64,000 nucleotides of DNA from Mytilus trossulus (lineage: Eukaryota), in the NCBI RefSeq assembly GCF_036588685.1, contig NC_086382.1, forward strand, positions 54,808,001-54,872,000, read 5' to 3'. Below are positions 53,486-64,000 of this stretch, piece after piece (the first letter of the stretch is position 1; each line of letters opens with the position of its first letter). Both the position numbers and the translations under genes were made by a program. The notes under the pieces were generated by a model, which was not told the origin of the DNA, searched no databases, and was given only the letters and a program-made list of their open reading frames with translations.

Positions 53486-54553
53486 AAGTCTCCCAAACAA
53501 AATTTGGAAACTTATTGTTTTAGCTCAGTTCTTATTATTTTCATTCTTCTTCTTCTTCTATTTCTTTCGCAGCAGTTCTCCAAAACATTTTAGATTTACT
53601 TAGGATTTCTATACATTTTAGACTGGTATGTCTAGGTGAGCCATCAACCTTTTATTTGTTCCTAGGGGTCTATTACGGGATATTTTGGGGCATAAAAAAT
53701 GGAGAGGTTAATTATAAAACTCTTCATGATTATTTAAAAAAAAATTTAAATGACTATAACTTAAAAAGTGTAAGTGACAGACACACCCAGTCTTCAGAAA
53801 TGATCACAGGACAATAACACAAATCATATTAAATATATGGTGAGCCTGGGGGTCACCCCAGCCCCTTTAATTTGAGAATATACTATTATCTTGAAACGGT
53901 TGAGATCCCCACCCCTAAACCATATTTATTCTTGAATGAGACAACAAAACAAAATAAATGAAATAAAAGCGAACTCCCTAGGGGTAATCCCAACCTGTTC
54001 AATATGAGAATGTGCTATTATCTTGTAAACGGTCTAGATCCCCACCCTAAACCATATATAATCTTGAATGGGATACTACAATACATCAAATGAAATATAT
54101 GGGAAGTCCCGGGGGTCACCCCTACCCCCTCTTGTTTAAAACCTGTAAACGGCCAAGATCCTCACCCCTAAACCATATATGTTCTTGTATGGGACAATAA
54201 AACAAATCAAATGAAATAAAAGGGAAGACCCTTGGGGTCACTACCACCCTTTTTAATTTGAGAATGTGCTAATATCTTGTAAACGGTCGAGATCCCCACC
54301 CCTAAACCATATATATTGTTGAATTGGACGACAAAACAAATCAAATGAAATATAGATGAAGTTCATGGTGGTCACCCCACCCCCTCAAGTTTGATCACCT
54401 GTAAATGTTCAATATCTTCACCCCTGCACCATACATGTTCTTGTATGGAACAATAAAACAAATCAAATGATATTGGGGGCATGGGAATGGCGAATTATAG
54501 GAGCTTTGTTTTGGAGAACTCGTAACAGCATTCTGTTATAATTACTTCCTGTT
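53486..54553 (-). mobile_element. HINE-like element with internal ~115-125-bp tandem repeats
   Basis: Terminal hairpin AAGTCTCCCAAA..TTTGGAAACTT, (TTC)n microsatellite, five copies of GATCCCCACCCCTAAACCATATAT-like motif, subterminal TTTTGGAGAACT/AGTTCTCCAAAA inverted repeat. Confidence 0.75.
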
Positions 54554-55377
54554 ATTGTTTGTTTCTTAACATCCTCTTATTTGTATCATTTTCGTTTATC
54601 ATTTGCATGGATATCGTTTAATTCAATTTAGTTTAAGTTTCAAACACTATCGAAAAATGAAGAGCTAGTTTTTAGAGAAAAATGACCATCAGACGAATGA
54701 TATTCAACTATACATATTGTGTTAATTTTAAGACGCTAATATAATATATATATTTCATACTTTTGTGTTTTTTTTAGATATTAGTAATCGCCTACATTCT
54801 TGCTGACTTGCTATATTTTTCGCATTCAGTGCAGTAAACGCAAAAACGTAAATCCCTGGGTATTTTATTGTGTTGAAAGAATGTTAAACTAATGGAATTT
54901 GCTTGGAAAGACAATTATACGCTAAATAAAATTACATGAATGCTACTTTTATTTATACTATTGTCTCGGATATTTTGCGCAAATGCATATTATTTGGTGG
55001 CGCAAATAAAATGTTATTTGAACTAAATGTTAGACACTGTTATGAGGTTTAACTAATATAAGGTTGTGCAAAAATGATAAAAAATTTGCTTATAGCATTT
55101 AAAAAAAGTGCTTATCAGAAACATGTTTTCCCTCACAATGCACATATTGCAATTGGAATCTTTTTCTGTTACATTTCCATCATGTCTTGCGTAATGTGCT
55201 TACAGTGATATTTAGTTGCTTATATCTATGTCTTTTTACTTTGTAACATGAATAGTTGTTATAATGGCAAACATATCACATCTTCTTGTATTTTACCATG
55301 AGAAAAAGTCCTCCTACAACCACATAATAGAATCATGTATAAGGCGTATTACTAGTTGTTTATATGTTCATTACTGC

Positions 55378-55817
55378 TTATGTTTTCTCCTTCTCTGTGA
55401 AAGTGTTATTGAAATCCTCTATCAAGGTTTTTGTTTGTGACTTTAAATATTCTTCTAAATCGATTATTGAAATGCAATATTCGAAAAAAAATAATGTTGT
55501 CTCATTTTCACAGGCATGCAGTAGTTGGGATTGGCTGGTAATATATTTCATTGTTTGCCTTGGTCTCACATTTATCAAACTGCTGTATGTGTTAATGCAA
55601 CTTTGGTACATTCACATCAGGTTATCTATATACATTTGGAAGTACAAATGTAATTGCTACATTTAAGGCAAATTTGTAAAAAAATATTCTGTACATTTAA
55701 CAATGGTTGGTAACATATCTCGTTGTTCAATGAAAAAAATCTTGATATACGGATTTCAAAAAAATTGAGAAAGTTGAAGAGTTTTACCATCAATACCCTT
55801 TTCTTTTCAACTATCAC
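55378..55817 (-). pseudogene. Decayed coding-like region with an internal peptide repeat
   Basis: LNNEICYQPL and, in a shifted frame, ANNEIYYQPI; ends IIDLEEYLKSQTKTLIEDFNNTFTEKEKT*. Confidence 0.4.
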
Positions 55818-58800
55818 GTTTTTGGTCCCCTATTATTGTTAAATAAACAACTGTTAGTCCGTTAAGAATCTAAAGTGATTGATATTTCAACCGATAGCAA
55901 TCCGTCTGAATTATGATTATTTGGCAACATATATATATGTCGACTATGAACAGTGTAGTTGTCTCATTTGCATTGAATCACACATTGCCATCTCCATATT
56001 TGTTATAGTAAATTAATTTATACAACCTGGTTGCTATAAAACATGGTTTAATCCACAATTTTTAACATATGAAAATTCCTGTACCAAGTCAGGAATATGA
56101 CAGTTGTTATGTGTTTGAACTTTTGATTTTGCTATTTGATTAGGGACTTTCGTTTTGAATTTTCCTAGGAGTTCAGTATTTTTGGTATTTTTGTTTTTCT
56201 CTTGAATGTTGATACTAATATGATATAAATATTTGTAGTGTGCTTTGCGCTGAATTTATAATTGATCTATTCATCTTATAACTTTTCCTTATGAACAAGG
56301 AGAATGAAGGCATTGTTTTTGTTTTCAATATTCATTTGTGTTAACCAGATCGTGTAATGTTTCACAGTTCATCGATAGATCATAATAATATAGTGAAGAA
56401 TGCCTATAAACATGTTTCATCATTAGCAAAAAGTAATTCCAATAGAGGAGCTTGTTTCTTGAGCTGTACAGTGATCGTTTGTTTATGATCTTTACAATAC
56501 ATTTATGTCGTTCTTACATTTGTAATCACATTTGTGAGTTATGTCAATATTTTGTCTGACATATGTTATATGTCGTATTATATTATTGGATATCAATGTT
56601 CTTCCCTACGAATACAATGCTTATCAATTTTTCCCTTTACATCAATAAACGTACGGTATTTCTTAAAATGTGTGAAATTACCCCAGAAAATTAAAGGCCT
56701 GTACAAAGTCGTTTTGAAGTTTCCTCGGAGTTCAGAATTTTTGTAATTTTACCCTTACACTGTTGCGTACAAACGCGACTATCTTTTTTTGACACAAATG
56801 TGAGTTTAGAAATTAACAAACGTTAAACTAGAATGTTAAACTTAATCCAACCTGGACTGTCTTTTCCATATTTACTCCTGTGATTTATTCAGTTTATTTC
56901 AATGCATTTACTGAAATCGGTTATGGTGTGGAATGTGTAGAAAGCAAAATCACAAAAATACTGAACTCCGAGAAAAACTAAAAACGGAACGTCCCAGATC
57001 AAATGGTAAAATCAACGCTCAAAAGCATCAAACGAACGAAAACAACTGTCATGATCCTAACTTGGTGCCGGTGTTTTCTTATACAGAGCATGGTGGATTA
57101 AACCTTAAATGGTATATAAATATGTGCGTGTTATTAAATGTTTAATAGGAACTAAAACAATACTGCAGATTATTGATAATTTTATCAAAATTGTTTTGAA
57201 GAGTATCCTTTACAATTTGTTTGAATAGTATGTGTTCTTTTTTTTTACAAAGTTCTTTCTCTGAAAATAAAGAAAATAAACAAAGATCTTGGATGACTAG
57301 ATAGACTTATTAATTTAGACCTCATATTATTTAATATACTAAAATATATTGATGAGTTTAACGAATGCCATACTTTTTTAAGGTGCACTTTTTATGTCTT
57401 CGTAGTGATAAAAAAAGTACAATTATTTTTGTCAATGAAATTGTACATGTTAAATATCCCTTTTTTAATTTTAAGGTAAAGCTCTGTTTATGCTATTTTA
57501 TGCACAAATGCACACTGATATGAGTTTGTTATGTGTTTTTTTTTCTAACACGGTTATAGAATATGCCCATTTGCCGTTTGTTTAATTACCAAAAAAGCGA
57601 CTTTTTGTTTTGTTATGTTTTTCACTGTGAATTCATCAAGTTCTTGAAGTTGTGACGACATGATTTCATTTGAAGTGTTGTCTAATTGACATAAACCTCT
57701 GGACTATAATTTATGTCAATTAAACACACAATGATAGTGTTGGTGTAAATCATTATCCTATTGTAGACGACAGAGTTGTGTTTAGAAGCAATAAATGTCC
57801 TAACATTTGTATAACTGCTTCGAAATTCATTAGACGTGTCTAGCTCTCATAAAAACAGGCTTAACTTTATTTCATGATTTTTTTCTATTCCAGCGGTTCA
57901 TTCTATATACCAACATTCACTGTAAAGATTTATGAAGAAAGTTGAATATCTAAAAAAAAGGTATAAAACGTTTTATGACTTCAAAGTAATTTCTCAAATA
58001 ATTGTTCTATTCGTTTGCAATAACATTGTTTATACTTGTTCATAGTTGATACAATGTGTTATAATTTTATTGATTTCTTTTTACTTGTACTAAAGTTATT
58101 ATCCGGAAACCATCCGTCTTCGGACGACGCTGACAACGACGACATGATACCAATTTACGACCGCAAAAATTTCTGCGGTTGTATAAAAATTTCAAAAATG
58201 TACAAATGTACAATGAAATATAGTTTTAGAAATCAATTAGGCTAGATAGGCCTTATAATTTTTTTTTACATAATTGAAGGACCATTTACACTCAGGACCG
58301 AGTCATCAGTAGACAGTACAGATGTATTAAACAACCTAGCATCATATTGCTAGTAGCGGGGGTAGCATTCTTTTTAGAAATTTGTCCTTTTTTTTTTATA
58401 ATATGTTTGGTTCAAATCAAAATGGAATGCTTTTATATCCCTAATACTTACATTGTACATAGAGGTGATACTACTTTGACAAATCCTTGTACATGAAAGT
58501 TGTCTGTCAAATCTTTATTTCACAAAGAATGAATTGCATAACAATGAACTGAACTCAAAGCAAAGTACTTTAACACCAAGTCTTTGATAGAACCATGCAA
58601 AATGCCTATAAGTGGGTCCACATGACATGTCAACCAAATGAAATGAAATTTTGCACACATGTTATGATAGTCAAGAGAAAAAAAATTCTATCTTTAAAAT
58701 TTTATTTTTAGCTATTTTTAGATTTTACAGCGCCATCTACTGGAAATGCCTAAATTTCCAAAAAAATCTACAAAAATATCACAATTTTGCTGCTCTGAAT

Positions 58801-60639
58801 ATGCTAGATCAGGTTATGTTTAACTGGTATTTGAATTGATTTTTATAACAAGCATCATTCGTCCTTGGAAACTTGACAAAATGTTAAAGCTTGAGTTGCT
58901 AAATTTAAAGGCTAACCGGTCCAAAAAGGGCATTTAGGGCATATTTTGGATGAAGGTGTATTACAATAAGGCAGTATGTCTCATAAAATGAAAACTGCCA
59001 GTTGACCTTGACCTTTGACCTCAAGGTCAAAATATTTGATTTTTTCCCTGTTTTTTTTTACTAGAGCACACATTTTTCTCTTCCTTGAAGATTTTTTTAA
59101 TACTTGACACACAATGTCAGCACCTAAATATGATGTGTTGTGTACCATGGATAATGACCTTGATATTTGTCCTTCAAGGTCAAATAAAAGGTCAAGGTCA
59201 AATAGGTTATTCTATTCTCAGCCTAAAACACAACATTCTGTCTTGACATGTCAATATGAAAGAGGAGTGTACTGATTGCTTATGAGACATCACAGTTTAA
59301 ATGGAGTGGAAGCAAGCAATTTTATTTTATAGGCCACAGTACAGCTAAGGGTTTGCCCTGTGGTCATGTTCCGCTCCCTCATATAACGATGTTACTGTTT
59401 AGACTTATTATTTTTTAAAAGTTAAGAACTCAATCCGTAACCCATATTTAATCTTAATTGCATTTCTAGTTCATCATGGGGGTCATGCCCTGCCCCCTAC
59501 ATACAATTGATGGTTAAATAGCTTGAAATATGTTCATATTCCTACCTTAAATCATATATATTGTTTCAATCAGACCTTAGAGTACACCAATGATATATAA
59601 TTTAATAATTTTATATCATGACTAGACCAATTAAGTGTACCATATATTATGTTACTCATGTCCTAACCCCCTGACTCTACAGGGAAGACATTAGTTTTGA
59701 TTCACTAAAACAGTTCTAACGAGTAATATTTAACTTTAGAAAAAAATCGTAGAATTTTAGCTTAATGCAAAAACTTAAAATACTGCAAATTCAGAAATTA
59801 ACGTTTGTAATAATATTATAATTGCTTATTCACGGTGACCGTCAAAAATATGAGATTAATCGAAGCAAATTAAATTACACTGTAACAGAATATTGTACAT
59901 AAATGAATTACAACTTTGGTTATATAACAGCCTATGCCATATAGAGTGTCGGGTTTCCCAGTTTGTTGCAGATCGTGTAGCGACCAATGGGTGTACAATT
60001 TTTGGCTGGTTAACTTCTGAGATGAAATGTTGTATCCTTGACATATACCCAATATCTATTCTTGTTGTCCCTCTCAGCATCACATTGCAGCTGGGGATAT
60101 ATAAATGCTGTTCGTTCTTCTATCCGAGCATCGGTTCGTATTGTCAAGTATCTAGTATAATTAATCGTTATCTAATCTAATATCATGCCATTGCTTTCTA
60201 AAGATAAATGGTCAAGGCTGCAGATGAGCCCAGTTCAAACAATTAGCAGTTGGGGGAACATTAAACATCGGTTGTTTTATTCATATTGCAAATATTTTTG
60301 AATTTATAGAAGGTTTCTTTAGTCAGTTTCTTAGATTTCCCAAATAATAATCAAGACAACAATGAAGATTTTTGATAAATAATGGCTGTTGTTTGAAAGG
60401 CACAAGAAAAATGTAAAATTTCTTCAAAAAATTAAAAAGAACCTATTATAATACATTGTACCACATCTTCTTACTTTTATATTGTATGCTTTTTATACGA
60501 CTGCAAAAAAAAACACATTTGGTTTAAGTGGATGGAGCTCTGTAATTTAAAAAATATATGTGTCAGAGCGACACAAATGGCCCTGTCCCAAAAAGTTGAA
60601 AATCTGCAATTTCAATATAAACACATGTGGACACAAACA

Positions 60640-61050
60640 TAATGGTAGTCCCAAATATAAAAAATCAGCTCAAAATCTGGAGGCATATAGAAAAAAAATC
60701 CATATAACTGTGATTTTCAATAATTTCTCAAAGTCCAAAGCCCGTAATTTCGTCAAAAATTAGTGGAGCGGAACGAACTTAAACTTGATCTGCAACTCAT
60801 CATGGTTAACTCACATACCAAAAATAAGCCCAATATCTGAAGGCGTTTAGAAAAAAAAGTCCGTACAACTGTGATTTTCAACAGTTTCTCAAAGTCCAAA
60901 GTCTGTTATTTTGGCAAAAATTAGAGGAGCGGAACGAACTTAAACTTGATCTGTAACTCATCATGGTTAACTCACATACCAAAAAAATCAGCCCAATATC
61001 TAAAGGCGTTTAGAAAAAAATCCGTATAACTGTGATTTTCAACAATTCCT
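60640..61050 (+). repeat. ~160-165-bp tandem repeat (about 2.5 units), HINE-core/satellite type
   Basis: GGAGCGGAACGAACTTAAACTTGATCTG..ACTCATCATGGTTAACTCACATACCAAAAA repeated at about 60765 and 60926. Confidence 0.85.
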
Positions 61051-61949
61051 TACGGGTTGCTGCTACAAGGGGGTTTCAAAAAGGTAAAGGGGGGATTTTT
61101 TTTCCAATTCATTAAAGGGATTCATATTTTTTTTCCAAAATTTTACAAATTTCAAATTCGATTGCACAGTATTGCATAATAAAATTGTTAGATCTTTGAC
61201 CACATTTATTTTGTGTCAGAATTATATATATTATGTCAAAAAATTGATTTCAATCTAAACTCAGACAGTATCAAGGATGGGTTTGGGTCCAAAATGCCCC
61301 AATTGTTTAATGTTCGACATCTCCGGTCGTATCTGGCTGCGCTCAGCGAAGCATTTTATATAAGCAAGGTGGAAAAAACTGAAAAGACCTCGTTATGAAG
61401 GCTGTGAATGTTCGTGTCAGTGTAAAAGTGTAATTTTGACATAAAAATATATAAAGTATTACTAAAGATTGCTTCAGCCATTATCTCTTAACCATACAAA
61501 AAACTGTCCAAATTTCATAAAATCTAAGTTTTGATAAAGTTGTTGGTGTTAAAAAAAAAGAACTAAATGTTGACGCTACTGCAAACAACGAAAGAATATA
61601 GGATCGCTTTATCTTACTTTTGCAACATGTATTATGTATTATCCAATTGGTCATATAAAAATCAATGTTAATTTGACTATATTTTTTTTAGGTATTTACA
61701 CCTTGTTAAATTATTTCTCTTTTCTTTTAAAATATTCTTTGAAACTATATGGATATACAGATTGTTATTCTATAAATGTTTGTTATCAATTAACAACTGC
61801 AAATTTTTACTTTTTTCAACAGAATAGTACAAGAAATCCTGATTGTTTTAGTCTAAACATTCTCTTTAACACCTTTGTTTTATATTTATCTTTATGAAAA
61901 GAAAGGAAGTATTGAAAGGCTTAAGATTTATCAAGAGCAGAACACTAAA

Positions 61950-62770
61950 AAAATTTCTTCAGATTGTTGAAAATGCATTTTTTCTCAGAATTACCTCCCT
62001 TTGTATCATAGATAATCAATATTTATGGCATTATTTATTTTGATTGTATAGTCTTCATTGTTAGTTTAACATTGTTAGGTATAATAAATAATAAATACAT
62101 TCACAAAATTGTCTACGGATTGATATATTAATTTCATTGATTTCAGAGAAAGGGAAATTTGAATATTACATGTATTCAAGGAGAATTTTAGAAAGTACTA
62201 ACCCAACCATCGTATATGCTAAAATGCGTTAATAACTATGTATCTTAATACAACCAAATAAATATATACTTTTATGTTTAACATGTGTACTGAGAATTGG
62301 TAAGTTTGAAAAAAGTTATTTTAATTTTTTTTAAAATCATTTCTACTAGATTATCTCCCTTTGTACCATATACATTCAATATATGTGGCACCATAAATTG
62401 TAATTGAACTATGGTCATTGTTACTTTGAATTAATTTGTCAATTATTGTACTGCTTTTGAAAAAGAAACACTTACATTCGCAAAATTATCCACAAAATAC
62501 TAGTTTAAATTCATTGATTTATAGAGAGAAAATGTAGATTTAGCAATTGTTTAGAAGAATTCTACAATGTACTTGAAAGAGACCCCAGCAAGGGTATTAG
62601 CTAAAATGCATAATTAAGTATTCCAATTGATAAAACAAAGTGAGTTATATTAATAATTTTAATGGACCAAAGGCTGGACAGCTTTTGAAATATGTACTTT
62701 TTATGATTTTCTGAAAATATTTTTTACTGGATTATCTCCCTTGTAATAATCCACAAACTGTTTCTTGAAA
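61950..62770 (+). repeat. Diverged ~360-380-bp tandem repeat
   Basis: ATTA(C/T)CTCCCTT(T)GTA motif at about 61990, 62350 and 62731, with aligned downstream blocks. Confidence 0.65.
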
Positions 62771-63907
62771 AATGTATGTACTGATGAGTTTTTAAAGCTT
62801 TAACACTTGATTATTCAATAAATCATCTTTCTCCATCTCGTTATTTTTCGCATTTATAAGTTTCAGGGTGTTGAAATTGGTTAATTTCATAGAAAAATAC
62901 TTCCTCAAACATGGGAAAACTGGTTCCCGGTACATTACAGCATCTCCAAGCTGAAAGACACGGGAACCAGATGAAATATTTTCAATATGAACTTCTTTCA
63001 TAATGATGTTTAAGCACACAAAGTTTCAATCGAATCTGATGACCCCCCTTGTGGACTGTTTTGCATGGTTCTTATGGGAGACTGGATGTTAATAATACAC
63101 TTAGACAAATGACTAAATCCAGTGATATACTTTGTACTACAGGTCCTTCATGAACATCCATCGACCAAAACCATATCTCAAGAACATTCCATACTACATG
63201 GTTGGATTAAGAAGTCCTGAAAAAGACATGATTTTTTTTTATTGTATTTTTAGTATATATGCACAGGTTAATAAAACTTTCTTGTGGTATAATCATTCAA
63301 TATCTAGCAACTATCAATTTGCTTCATGCACATATTGATATAGGTTGAGTGTCCCTCTGTTGGAAATAAGAACACACCTCCACCTCATTTTCATGTTTTA
63401 GTCAACTGACAAAACATTCAAAACTATAAAATGTTATCTAAGACTTGTCAGTGTCTATTCACAGTTGCCACTGAATCAGTGATATATGTACACATAATTA
63501 TATACATGTAAGACTAAAATTATGAAGTACATATATAAGACTAAACTGACATTTGGTCTTTACTACATCTTCATTCCCCAAGTCATTTTTAAATCTGACT
63601 TCATGATAAAATAAGATTCCATATCTACATGTAACCAATGAAAATCAAATATCACTCTAATAGACTAGCATTTAAAGCCCAGTTTTCTAAAATGGTAGCC
63701 AGGTGGAACCTAGAACTAAAACATTAGAAACAATATAACTGAAATATTTCAAATGCATGTATATTTAATAATATAAATTCTCCAAAATTCACTATATTTT
63801 CCCCTTTTTTATCTTCTGTTCGAGACTGTATATTGACCTCTATAGATGTCTTTCAATTACATTCAGTTTGGTGTGGGTTGATCATGTTTGATTGTTGTAC
63901 ATGTTAC

Positions 63908-64000
63908 AACCAGATGCTCGGCAGGGCGCAGCTTCATACGACCGCAGAGGTTGAACCCTGAACAGTTGGGGCAAAAAAAGTATGGGCACTACATTCAAGC
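63908..64000 (+). mobile_element. 5' end of a HINE-like element running off the window
   Basis: AACCAGATGCTCGGCAGGGCGCAGCTTCATACGACCGCAGAGG; related reverse-strand end at about 61290-61356. Confidence 0.55.

Overview
AT-rich eukaryotic genomic DNA with no intact protein-coding gene, tRNA or rRNA that I can support. The repeat repertoire (type I hammerhead-carrying ~350-bp tandem units, pearl/HINE-like elements with GGAC microsatellites) points to a bivalve mollusc, probably Mytilus; this is inference. Three layers are visible. (1) A nested set of long-inverted-repeat DNA elements: a 19.1-kb element (5909-24992, perfect 6-bp TSD AAAAGG) contains a 5.3-kb element (12356-17633), which contains a 1.4-kb inverted pair and a 352-bp MITE. 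Three of the four share TAY..RTA termini and apparent 6-bp TSDs, the IS3EU signature. (2) Many hammerhead-ribozyme repeats (non-LTR retrozyme/Penelope-like), with one consensus-intact ribozyme at 33763-33806, plus Kolobok-like, HINE/pearl-like, CR1 and minisatellite repeats. (3) Between the repeats, many intronless, stop-depleted but decayed reading frames on both strands, at least two apparently paralogous; these may be the fossil of a large gene-dense virus or mobile element (unproven). Nearly all listed ORFs are repeat artefacts or pieces of these relics. Alignments and translations were done by eye.
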